64,000 nt of DNA from Octopus sinensis (lineage: Eukaryota): the NCBI RefSeq assembly GCF_006345805.1, contig NC_043004.1:59582001-59646000 (forward strand), read 5' to 3'. Positions 27,004 to 39,119 of this stretch are shown here, in pieces. Within the stretch, counting starts at the first letter, position 1; every line of letters starts with the position of its first letter. Both the position numbers and the translations under genes were made by a program. The notes beneath the pieces are model-generated. The model was not told the origin of the DNA. It worked only from the letters and a program-made list of their open reading frames with translations, and made no database searches.

Positions 27004-28016
27004 TTTCGTGAAATACAGAAAAATAAAGGAATATCTTGTGGGCCATAAATTTTGCAGCTTTACTAGAAATCAACGCAGTGGAAGATGTAATCTGCAGGTA
27101 TAGTTGTTTCTGTCCTAACCAATTCCCTTTCTAGAGTATCTAATATAGTCTGGAATTAGTGGGGGAAAGATTTGCTTTTTACCAAACTGTATATAATGTT
27201 ACTTTAATTTTTATAAGAGAAACATCATGATTGGCGTAGTTACACACCTCGCACCCATCAATCCCCACATATACACGAGGAAACGCAGGCACACACAGCC
27301 ACAAACACACACATACGTACACGTACAGGCATATACACACACACTCACACACTAATAAGCAAAAAAAAACAAAAACAAAAACAGAAACGTACATACACGC
27401 ATACATCAATGCATTTACAGAAATAAAATATTGTCTTAGTCCAAAAACAAATTGTGTATTTTAGTGAAAATGAATAATGTGATAATGCCTTTCCAAATTT
27501 GACATACTGACCTGTGTTTATCATATGATGTAGTGATAAATACACAAGCAGCAAAACCATATCGAATCAACCATTTTTAAAGATTTATGAAGTATTCAGG
27601 CTGCCGAACATACATTATTGGTCAGTATTTGAACTCAGAACTCAAGAAACATTGTTCAGTACGTGTCTCAAGCTAGGGTTCTGTTTAGAAAAGGAAAAAT
27701 CGCTGCTATTTATAATGTTTCCTGTAGGAATACTCAATTAACTCATTCAGGACAATTCTTTGGTTCATCTGGAGCTCAGAAGGCTAAATAAACGCCGCTC
27801 TTATGAATCGTCTGAAGAAAATTGATGGAATTCTTTTACGATATTCGTCAATTATTTTGGAATAACATGAATATCATGCATATACTGCATTATTTATTCC
27901 CACTTGACCGTGGCTGTTCTGTTGGAAGAAGCTTTACTGCAATAGATACCATAAAAGAAACACACAAGTAGGTTTTGGTGCAGAACAGGTGATTAGTCAG
28001 TTAAGATATATATATG

Positions 28017-28062
<46 letters not shown>

Positions 28063-28067
<5 letters not shown>

Positions 28068-28290
28068 CTTTACTACCCACAAGGGGCTAAACACAGACGG
28101 GACAAACAAGGTCAGACAAACGGATTAAGTCGATTATATCGACCCCAGTGTGTAACTGGTACTTAATTTATCGACCCCGAAAGGATGAAAGGCAAAGTCG
28201 ACCTCGGCGGAATTTGAACTCGGAACGTGACGACAGACGAAATACAGCTACGCATTTCGCCCGGCGTGCTAACGTTTCTGCCAGTTCGCC
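28063..28290 (-). mobile_element. SINE family B
   Basis: Close match to 23821-24055 and to the reverse complement of 36268-36497. Confidence 0.9.
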
Positions 28291-28293
28291 TAT

Positions 28294-28365
<72 letters not shown>

Positions 28366-28432
28366 TATATATATATGTATATGTATATATTATATATATA
28401 TATATTATATATATATATATATATTATATATA

Positions 28433-28473
<41 letters not shown>

Positions 28474-28534
28474 TATATATATATATATGTATATATATAT
28501 GTATATATATATGATATATATATATTATATATAT

Positions 28535-28577
<43 letters not shown>

Positions 28578-28605
28578 GTATATATATATATACATATATA
28601 TATAT

Positions 28606-28694
<89 letters not shown>

Positions 28695-28695
28695 G

Positions 28696-28758
<63 letters not shown>

Positions 28759-28784
28759 ATATGTTATATATATATATTATATAT
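28291..28784. repeat. ~500-bp (TA)n tract
   Basis: Direct observation. Confidence 0.95.
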
Positions 28785-29195
28785 AGGCGCAGGAGAGGTT
28801 GTGTGGTAAGTAGCTTGCTAACCAACCACATGGTTCTGGGTTCAGTCCCACTGCGTGGCATCTTGGGCAAGTGTCTTCTTCTATAGCCCCGGGCCGACCA
28901 ATGCCTTGTGATTTGGTAGACGGAAACTGAAAGAAGCCTGTCGTATATATGTATATATATATGTATGTGAGTGTGTGTTTGTGTGTCTGTGTTTGTCCCC
29001 CTAGCATTGCTTGACAACCGATGCTGGTGTGTTTACGTCCCCGTCACTTAGCGGTTCGGCAAAAGAGACCGATAGAATAAGTACTGGGCTTACAAAGAAT
29101 AAGTCCCGGGGTCGATTTGCTCGACTAAATGTGGTGCTCCAGCATAGCCGCAGTCAAATGACTGAAACAAGTAAAAGAGAGAAAAGAGAGAAAGA
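28785..29195 (+). mobile_element. SINE family A, full length
   Basis: tRNA-like head (TGTGTGGTAAG A-box-like, GGTTCAGTCCC B-box-like), CTTGGGCAAGT motif, internal microsatellite, AAAAGAG tail. Confidence 0.9.
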
Positions 29196-29286
29196 TATAT
29201 ATATATATATATATATAATATATGTATATATATACATGTATATATATATATACATATATATATATTATATAATATATATATGTATA

Positions 29287-29340
<54 letters not shown>

Positions 29341-29362
29341 GTATATATATAATATATATATA

Positions 29363-29418
<56 letters not shown>

Positions 29419-29440
29419 ATATATATATATATATATATAT

Positions 29441-29848
29441 AGGCGCAGGAGAGGTTGTGTGGTAAGTAGCTTGCTAACCAACCACATGGTTCCGGGTTCA
29501 GTCCCACTGCGTGGCATCTTGGGCAAGTGTCTTCTTCTATAGCCCCGGGCCGACCAATGCCTTGTGATTTGGTAGACGGAAACTGAAAGAAGCCTGTCGT
29601 ATATATGTATATATATATGTATGTGAGTGTGTGTTTGTGTGTCTGTGTTTGTCCCCCTAGCATTGCTTGACAACCGATGCTGGTGTGTTTACGTCCCCGT
29701 CACTTAGCGGTTCGGCAAAAGAGACCGATAGAATAAGTACTGGGCTTACAAAGAATAAGTCCCGGGGTCGATTTGCTCGACTAAATGTGGTGCTCCAGCA
29801 TAGCCGCAGTCAAATGACTGAAACAAGTAAAAGAGAGAAAAGAGAGAA

Positions 29849-29851
<3 letters not shown>
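29441..29851 (+). mobile_element. SINE family A, near-identical tandem duplicate of 28785-29195
   Basis: Offset 656 bp; I see only one difference (TTCTGGG vs TTCCGGG). Confidence 0.9.
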
Positions 29852-29883
<32 letters not shown>

Positions 29884-30185
29884 ACAGAAGCCTTATTAAT
29901 ACCGAGAGGTAAAATTGATTTCCACAAGCGTGAATTCTGCACCAAAAAGCCGACACGAGAGTTTATCTCATGGCATCTACCGCAGTAAAGTTTGTTCAAA
30001 CAGAACATCCATGTTTAAGGGGGAATAAATATTACTTCACGGTCTTAGTACTGCTACTGTCACTACTATATATATATCTTAACAAGCTCATTGGCAAATC
30101 ACGACATCAATGTCTGTTCAAGCACTACTTTTCTATATATAGTTAGCGGATAGATGAGTATCTTCTATCTGTAGCGGACGAGCGT

Positions 30186-30232
30186 CCATTACGAATGAGA
30201 TCAAAGAAGGTTGAAATAACGTGATTTGGTGG
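30186..30232 (+). ncRNA. Type-I hammerhead ribozyme-like motif, copy 3 (core degenerate)
   Basis: CCATTA-CGAATGA-GATC aaagaa GGTT-GAAA-TAACGTGA-TT-TGGTGG; stems I and II pair fully allowing G-U. Confidence 0.45.
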
Positions 30233-30330
30233 TCTCCGCGATTGAATTGGTGAGGATTTATCCCCACGCTTACGATACAAACAAGCGTGTATTCTGCATC
30301 AAAACCCAATATGAAGTTTCTCTCATGGTA

Positions 30331-30897
30331 CGAGATAGTATCGAAAGGTTCCCAGGCTAGTGTTTAATAAAATGTACCTTATTTACCTAAGTTTTATTAT
30401 CATCGCCTTCGAAATAGGCACCTTGAGCAGCGATAGACCGGTTCCAGTGTTCCTGTCACTTTTGGAATCCGACCTGGAAGTAATTTTCCATAAGCCAGTC
30501 GAGGAACTACTGCCATTCGTTCTGGATCTAGACAACGCTGTTATTTTTGGCAAGAAACTAACGAGTGAGGAACTTTGTCGTCTAATGTCCTCCATAAAAA
30601 GCTTCAAAACATCGAAAAAGAAATCTCGATTGGCGGTCTGGTCCCGGGGAGCGAATTCTCGATGTACAATACGACAATTCCAGGGATGAAGCTCGTGGTA
30701 GGTCTTCCAGACCACTCATCGCCTTTGAAGTGCCTGAGCCACTCGAAACAACGCGTACAACCCATTGCCTCGTTGTCGTAAGCTTGCCGAAGAATGCTCA
30801 ATATCTGTAGCAGACTACCGAAGTTTAACGCAAAAGGGGTGTTACCACCTGTTGGCGGGCTACAGAACTAGTCCGGGAACATTTTGATACTACCTCA
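30331..30897 (-). mobile_element. Internally deleted mariner with TIRs and TA TSD
   Basis: TA|CGAGATAGTATCGAAAGGTTCCCAGGCTAG...CTAGTCCGGGAACATTTTGATACTACCTCA|TA; peptides LRQAYDNEAMGCTRCFEW..HFK..DEWSGRP and VHREFAPRDQTAN. Confidence 0.9.
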
Positions 30898-31525
30898 TAT
30901 CTAACGCAATAAATGTTGTTTCTAACAGAATGTCCACGGTTAAGTGAGAATAGATATTAACTGTCGGTATAAACCTTCTGTCTACCAATGTGTCCAATGG
31001 ACATATTTCAGTTTTTCCAGTTGCTTTTTCCCACTGTTCATATTACTGGATTCTGATGATCTCGTGACTTGTTTTTCCTTGACTCTTTTATTTGTGAAAT
31101 GGGAAATTTTCCGTATGTTTATAAAAGCTAGAAAATTTCACTTTATACATTAATTGCAGTATAGGTCCATTGGACACTCAAATTAAATTCAGACACTACT
31201 CCTGTCATTCTAAACACAGTATCAAAGCAGTATCAAATGTTATTTTCCTAGATATTTATCAGATACAAAATAGATAAAATTGTATTCAATTTATTTGCTG
31301 AAGTTTAGATAAAACAGGAAAAATTAAGAAAATATTCTTGTAAAATTGTATGGTATTACATCACTTTCAATCTGCTAGGTTACAGGGTGATTCAATATTT
31401 CTATATGATGACGCAAGCCTTACAATATATCGCACCGTCTTACAGGAGAGTATAACTATGTGAGAAAGCAATATCTGCCTTTAGTCTGCTATCAAGTTTC
31501 ATATAGTTCAGTTGTGCTTTCCAAT

Positions 31526-33199
31526 ATGCCTAGACATGAAAAGTTGAGTGAAGACCATAAATCAAAAAGGCGATTAGAATTAAATGACGAATGGGAAGAA
31601 GATGGTAGTGATTGATTCTATTGCTCTGAAGATGATGGTGAAAGCGATTGTGTGCTGGACAGTTTAGGTCTCTGTCATCAGATGATGAAGATACACAAAA
31701 ACAATTATCTGCAAGCTACCCAATATGAATGAGCAATATATTTCTAGAGACAGAGAAGAAATTTGGCATTCTTATCCTCTTACTGAAGCAGCAGTAAGAA
31801 CTTCATCTTGCGATATTGTGCGCCAAGAATGTGGACCATCTTGCTTTAACAAAAGGTCTTGTGATAGCACTGCAACATGTTTTGCTATCTTTATGCGCCA
31901 GATTCTTCTTGAAGTAATTCATAAATGGACAAATATTGAAGATCAGATTGTTTACAAAGATAAATGGAAGGACATTGATCAATCTGAACTAAAGAAATTT
32001 ATTGGACTGATTATTCTTATAGGTGTTTAGGGATCTAAACATGAAAATGCCACACAGTTATAGAGTCAAAAAGGTGGTCGCCCAGTATTGAACAAACTTA
32101 TGGGCCGGGGAAAGTTTCAACAGATTTTAGAGGTATTGCGTTTTGATGATGCTAGTGCAAGAAGAAAAAAGAGAAGTGATGATAAATTGGAGCCCTTAAG
32201 AGAAGTATTTGAAATATGGAATCAGAATTAGCAAGATGGATATTTCCAAGTTCATGAATGACAGTTGATGAACAATTAGTTTCATTCAGAGGACGCTGCC
32301 CATTCTGGGTATATATTCCTTCAAAACCAGAGAAATATAGAATTAAATTTGGGCAATATGCGACAGTGAAACATCTTTCGCCTGGAAAATGCAAATCTAC
32401 ACTAGAAAAGACCCATAAAAGAGAGAGAGAGAGAGAAATCAAGGATCCAAAGTTGTTGAAGACCTAGTAAAAGAACTTGAAAATACTGGTCGCAATATAA
32501 CTTGTGATAATTGTTTTAACATGTCTAGGATTGGCTAGAAAGCTGCTAAGCAAGAAAACTACTTCAGATGGAACAATTAAAAAGCACAAAGTTGAACTTC
32601 CAAGTGCTTTTAAAAATAGAAAAGAAAGAGAAACCAAGAGCACAATATTTGGATTTCAAAAGGATTCTATGATCCTATCTTATTGTCCCAAGAGAAATTT
32701 TGTAGTCACACTCATGAGTACAATGCACTCTCTGCCTTCAATTGATTCAAAAAGTGCTGAAAAGAAACCTGAAGTTAATACATGTTACAACAAAACATAA
32801 GGAGGTAAGGACATTCACTTGCAAAAGAATGACTCAAAGATGGCCTATGGTTATATTCTACAACATGATTTATATACGTGCAGTGAATACTTCCATTGTT
32901 GCTAAACAGCTTCACTTGCAAAATTTCAAGGATAAAAGAAGACAGTGCCTGATTTAGTTAGGAAAGGAACTAAACAAGAAAATGACAATCACTTTTCTAG
33001 TTCCGTTAACATTTCTCAAACAAACAAGTAAAGATGATCTTCAACCTCATTTGAGATTCCTCAACCAAAGAAAAAAGATGTTCTTTGTGTGACTCCCCAC
33101 CAAAAAAAAAAAAAAGATAGGAAAACACGTACTACATGTAAGATTTGTAATATCAAGGTTTACCAAGAACATTCCAATGTTGTCTGCATTCACTGCTAA
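31526..33199 (+). pseudogene. Decayed piggyBac (PGBD-like) transposase
   Basis: Acidic N-terminus; ELKKFIGLIILIG; MTVDEQLVSFRGRCPF..YIPSKPEKY.IK; RNITCDNC; VTLMSTMH; RWPMVIFYNM; C-terminal Cys cluster CSLC..TCKIC..VCIHC*; many stops and frameshifts. Confidence 0.92.
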
Positions 33200-33389
33200 A
33201 GAGCTGTAATTCTGTATTTTTGTAATTTTTAAAATTTATGATATATTCTGTATTCTGTAGTTTTGTATTAAAATTTGTGAGGAGCAGTAAATCTTCATTC
33301 ACCTGATAGCATATATAATGTAGCAAAGAAATACTGGTAGTTTGAACAAAATTTAATTAAAAGACAAATATTGGGTTCTTTGGATCTGA

Positions 33390-33477
33390 TCTCAAGAAAA
33401 TTCAGCAAACGCCAGAACGTAAGCGAGCAAGACAAATTTGTCGCTTACGTTCTGGCGTTTGCTGAATTTTCTTGAGA
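33390..33477. repeat. Perfect 37-bp inverted repeat with 14-nt spacer
   Basis: 33390-33426 is the exact reverse complement of 33441-33477. Confidence 0.95.
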
Positions 33478-34347
33478 ACAATCTTTTCTTAGTGGTGAGA
33501 CCATATGGGGTCTACATCTAGCATGATGGGTGTCCACATAGTGGTCATCCCTCTGATATATATATATATATGTAATATAACTTTTCTGAATCTTCAGATT
33601 TTTCAAAATGCTAGGCGACTGGTTTTAAATTGATATTAATCAAATTAATATTCAATTTTTCACCCTTTTTATTTAAATATATATATATATATATATACTG
33701 CATTATGCTTTTGATTTCGACTGGTACTTGAGAGCTGCCTTGTAAATAGCAAAATAATTCCATAGACAAGTTATGTCAACATTCTGAGAAACTATCAATC
33801 ATGTCCACAACGTACTCTTTGATTATATCTAGTAAACTAGTTCAGTCTATTCTATCAAGACATCCACAGTAGATGATAGAGGGTAATACCTACACAAAAT
33901 ACAAAATAAATACGAATATAACTTACCGAATGTTGCAATGTTATATCTGTATTGACAGAACGAAAGTCTGTCTTGCGAAGTAAACTGACTTGACGTAGCA
34001 TCGTTGCCACGATCGCTATTACAGTTATTCCATCTAAAAGTCAAAATATTTATCATAATGTAGTTTCTGTAGCTGAGTGCTCATAAGATATTAATAAATA
34101 TTTATAAATAGGCTTATACTGCTGCTCAGGTAAATTCACTCTGGTGATCTCTGTAACTAGTGTGATTGTCTAAGTGGTTATAATACTGCATCTACCTTCA
34201 CAGGTTCGCCCTGAAGCCATGCTTTCAGACGCTGCTAAATATACTGAAAGAAACCACCAACAGAATATCTAGTGAGAATGAGCGCGTCTAGGTTGTGAAG
34301 ATCATTACTTCAGTTTTTGGTTTCGACTGTTCTCATATTCATGGAGA

Positions 34348-34677
34348 GGAGGCGCAATGGCCACGTGGTTAGGGCAGCGGACTTGCGGTCATAGGATCAC
34401 GGTTTCGATTCCCAGACCGGGCGTTGTTAGTGTTTATTGAGCGAAAACACCTAAAGCTCCACGAGGCTCCATCAGGGGATGGTGGTGATCCCTGCTGTAC
34501 TCTTTCACCACAGCTTTCTCTCACTCTTACTCCCTGTTTCTGTTGTACCTGTATTTTAAAGGGCCGGCCTTGTCACTCTCTGTGTCACGCTGAATATCCC
34601 CAAGAACTACGTTAAGGCTACACGTGTCTGTGGAGTGCTCAGCCACTTACACGTTAATTTCACGAGCAGGCTGTTCC
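34348..34677 (+). mobile_element. SINE family C, tail type 3, 3'-truncated, with 11-bp TSD
   Basis: ATTCATGGAGA at 34337-34347 and 34678-34688. Confidence 0.9.
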
Positions 34678-34855
34678 ATTCATGGAGAAGTAAGAAGCAA
34701 AGCAAATATATGCATGCCCATATATTCTCTTCCATCGAAATAAAAATAAAATAGCTGAGAATATTTTGGCTCTTTGCTAAATTTTTAACAGTAACAATGA
34801 AATAGTTTAGAACAATGAAAAAACAAACATGGAAATAGCTTATTTCTCGCACATA

Positions 34856-35742
34856 CGTGGTCTAAGCAAAAATGATCCAGACTGTTGCCGCAGTAATGAA
34901 GCTAAAGCACAGAAAGTAAAGCTGCTTAGCAAAGATTGACCGTGAATACTGCTGTGTATGCGTATTAAGTTTTGACGTTCTAGCTCACTTCCGCTGTTTA
35001 CAACAGTGCTTGGAAGGATGGTGTGTAACCTGTGATCGCCTCATTGACTATTACAGTGTAATTTGAGCAGAGAATCAGCACCAAATTTTGCTAAAAGCTT
35101 GGCGATACCTACTCAGACATCTACGCAAAGTTTTCAAAAAGCTTTCTTTGTTCTCCACACAATCAATAATATATTCTGCAACTGAAAGCCGACTGTCGTT
35201 TTGGCCAGCCGACAGCTGTTTTGGGGCAAATTCGACAGACACGCGTCTCATACCCAAAACATCAAATATAATGGACTTAACTGAACCGTAACTAATCTGT
35301 ACATCCTCCGATAACTCATGGATGGTGATTCAACGATTTCCCCTCAAAGCTTCACGCACTTCTGAGATGTTTTTCTCAATTCTGCTGGTTGCGGGTCTCT
35401 CAGAACGTTGGTCAATATCGACATTTTTCGGCCATCTTAGAAACGTCCGAACCAATCGTACACTTGTGTGCGCCTCAAACACTCCTCTCCATACACTTTC
35501 TGCAACTTTGTTTTGGCCGCTGAACATTTATCGCCATGACATTTTCATGGACAATGCGACGATCACACGCTACACTTCTTTCTTCCAAGAACTGCTGTAA
35601 ACAGCGGAAGTGAACTAGAACATCAATATTTAGTGTGCATGCGCAGTGGAGTTCAAGGTTAATCTTTTCCAAGCAGCGTTAATCTGCGTACTTTAGCTTC
35701 GTTACTATGGTAATAGTCTGGATAATTATTCATCAGACCTCG
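34856..35742. mobile_element. Mariner-derived element with ~55-bp TIRs and two opposed transposase N-terminal fragments
   Basis: TIR CGTGGTCTAAGCAAAAATGATCCAGACT...GAAGCTAAAG vs CTTTAGCTTCG...AGTCTGGATAATTATTCATCAGACCTCG; + strand EQRISTKFC.KLGDT; - strand DQRSERPATS...LGMRRVSVEFAPKQLS. Confidence 0.8.
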
Positions 35743-35924
35743 TGTAATTTATCGTATACCTGTAACTTAAACATACACACATTCATATAAAAGATGTGCG
35801 TGTGCGTTGTGCACATTAAGTATGTATATACATGTATGTACATATGCATTCGTACACCCGCGTACATAGAAAAATACACATACATACATGCATACATACA
35901 TACATACATACATACATACATACA

Positions 35925-35957
<33 letters not shown>

Positions 35958-36267
35958 GTATATATTTGTCAACCTATATACGTACTTATGCTGGTCAGAA
36001 AGGTAAATAAAAGAACATAAAAGAGAATCTACATAAGTGAATATTGAATGAAAACATAACAAAAAGAGAGAAAAAAAACACCATCCATTAATGATTAATT
36101 ATTTCCCTGTCATCAAATGATTAGGTTTATGAGGTATCAGAAACTATGAATAATATACCTATATAAACATGTGTCATGTCATATCGTAGTCACACTAATA
36201 CAACACACACACACACACACACACATGCACACACACACACACGCATATATATATATAAATATATAAA

Positions 36268-36495
36268 GGCGGCAAGCTGGCAGAAACGTTAGCACGCCGG
36301 GCGAAATGCGTAACTGTATTTCGTCTGCCGTTACGTTCTGAGTTCAAATTCCGCCGAGGTCGACTTTGCCTTTCATCCTTTCGGGGTCGATAAATTAAGT
36401 ACCAGTTACGCACTGGGGTCGATGTAATTGACTTAATCCCTTTGTCTGTCCTTGTTTGTCCTCTCTGTGTTTAGCCCCTTGTGGGTAGTAAAGAA

Positions 36496-36497
<2 letters not shown>
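36268..36497 (+). mobile_element. SINE family B, full length
   Basis: GGCGGCAAGCTGGCAGAAACGTTAGC head; central GCCTTTCATCCTTTCGGGGTCGATAAA..AGTACCAG block recalls the MetaSINE-type domain (from memory, unverified). Confidence 0.9.
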
Positions 36498-36534
<37 letters not shown>

Positions 36535-36553
36535 ATATATATATATATTATAT

Positions 36554-36587
<34 letters not shown>

Positions 36588-36651
36588 GAAATATATATAA
36601 CAATGAGGGTCTTTGCAGCAGGTTGCTAGACCACATACCGAAAGTATTAGA

Positions 36652-36739
36652 AATAGCAGCCAGAAGTCTGCCATCTCCTTTTACTACAAAAATGTCTCTT
36701 TTTGTAGTAAAAGGAGATGGCAGTCCTCTGGCTACTATT
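36652..36739. repeat. Hairpin: perfect 25-bp stem, 6-nt loop, imperfect basal extension
   Basis: 36668-36692 pairs with 36699-36723; AATAGCAGCCAGA pairs with TCTGGCTACTATT. Confidence 0.9.
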
Positions 36740-37854
36740 GGTCCTTTTCCATACCGAAATACTACTTGGTAAAATTTGTTGATTTTATTAAATAATTATA
36801 TTTCATCCTTTATCTGTATATATATATATATATATGCATATATATATATACATATGTGTTTAGCCCCTTGTGGGTAGTAAAGAAATATATATATATATAT
36901 ATATATAATATATATATATATTTTAACATACCGGACTTCTTGATAAAAATATTAATTATTAATTGATTAATTAATTTTACCCCATATTATTATAGACAGA
37001 CAGATGGATAGGTAGATAGCTAGATAGATAGGTAGATAGATAGATAGATTGATAGATACATACATACATATATACATACATACACACGTACGTAGATATG
37101 TTTTCAAACCAAGTAGTGTTCTTTTCAAGCACTTTTGTTTATTTCCCTTTTCCAATGTCGCTCTTAGGCGTCATATATGTGTGAGGTATGCATAAGGAAC
37201 TCAAAAATACTACAAATAAATTCGGTGGAGTAATAAAATAAAAGAGTAGATAAGAAAATGTTTGCTATTATTTGTTTACTATTGCATCAGTTTCATCAGC
37301 AGTTAGGAGTTACAAGATTGTACCTGTTGTAGAAAACCTGCACCGTATCTCCTATCACAAATTCTTCACAGAGAGAATCAAATCAGAAATAGAGGGGAGA
37401 CAAATATATGAAGTAATATACATGAGGGCTTGAGATAACATTCGTATTCTTTATTTAAAAAAAAAATCTAAATTATATTTTCCGAGCCTGCACTTAGCAC
37501 GTTATTATTTATAGTTTTATAACTGTTTTGATATTCAGTTTTTCTGTGCCAGAGGGTCAAACGAAATTTCGTGAAATTGCACTTCCCTTTCTGGCCAATA
37601 ACTGAGGATTTGGTGTCCATCTGTGTCTGCTTTCTGTTTCTTTGTGCATTTATTATATGCATCTCAACCTATTATTTAATGAAACGCCAAGTGGTTATAT
37701 ATATATATTCATTTATTCTTTTATTATTTTACTTGTTTCTGTCATTTTGACTGCGGCCATACACATACATATACATACATACACATATACATCCATCCAT
37801 CCATCCATACATACATACATACACACATATATATACATATGTTTATATATTTCT

Positions 37855-38229
37855 CTTTCTCTTTTACTTGTTTCAGTCATTTGACTGCGGCCATGCTGGA
37901 GCACCGCCTTTAATCGAGCAACTCGACCCCGGGACTTATTCTTTTTTGTAAGCCCAGTACTTATTCTATCAGTCTCTTTTACCGAACCGCTAAGTGACGG
38001 GGACATAAACACACCAGCATCGGTTGTCAAGCAATGCTAGGGGGACAAACACAGACACACATATATATACATATATACGACGGGCTTCTTTCAGTTTCCG
38101 TCTACCAAATCTTTGGTCAGCCCGAGGCTATAGTAGAAGACACTTGCCCAAGGTGCCACGTAGTGGGACTGAACCCGGAACCATGTGGTTGATAAACAAG
38201 CTACTTACCACACAACCACTCCTGCACCT
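37855..38229 (-). mobile_element. SINE family A (extra tail fragment at ~37725-37760)
   Basis: Reverse complement of the family A sequence. Confidence 0.9.
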
Positions 38230-39087
38230 ATACATATGTGTATATGAACAAGCAGAATGGGAATGCATATGGTAGCATTTGATATTTTGTATTAGAACTT
38301 CGCTGTTCGTAGAGATATTCAGTGTAAGAGAGAAGTGAATAGCAATGTAACTAGAAAATAAAATAACATAACAATAACAAATACGCTATTAGACGCAGAA
38401 GCAGATTTTGTAACGAATATTATTTACCACATTTAGATTAACTTAGATATGTTGTTTATAAGGTCTTATATTGCTGTAAGCCTTTTCGTTCGTGCATAAA
38501 ACACAGGCTAAAAACCATCGAAACTGTATTATCATTTGACAAAATTTTGTCAGTATATAGAAGGCGAGTATTACTGTATAAGGTTATTTTACCGTATCAC
38601 GGATCATCGGTGGCAGTAGGCTAAGCCGAAGTTACGTGATGTGGTAATGGCATCCCGTGGTGTACTTGCGGTATTTCGTCAATCTATAATAGAATTTCGA
38701 TGATTTTCAGCATTGTTCGTCTGTACGAAAAGACATTTTCTCTGGCATTTACTGCTGTCCATGTAGGGCCGTCTGAATAGCATTGTAGGCTTCCAAGCAA
38801 ATCAATCCACAGTGCTCTATAGCATTTATTTATTGAGAGTAAGCCACCTCACGCATAGATCATAATTGAGACCACACATAATTGATCCCCTTGACCAACC
38901 ACTCAGTGGGCCCACTCAGCAAGACGGGTACTGAGTCTATGACATTATTAACAACAGATTTAATTTAAGTTAGATGAGTTAATCAATAATAACAAATATA
39001 TCGAAAAGTTACAGGCGCTATATTTAGCTAAACTTGACATCTCGGTTTGATCACCGATTCACAAACTCCTTAGAGAGCAAGAGAGGA

Positions 39088-39119
<32 letters not shown>

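Larger units (their letters stand above)
29893..30972 (+). mobile_element. Second locus of the retrozyme-like repeat, interrupted by a mariner
   Basis: ACAAGCGTG at 29924 and 30281 (period 357); collinear with 8290-8835; resumes after 30899. Confidence 0.65.

Noticed and set aside
27005-27090. IKEYLVGHKF peptide resembling a mariner C-terminus (similarly QPPYSD at ~42020)
   Set aside because: Too short and degenerate to support
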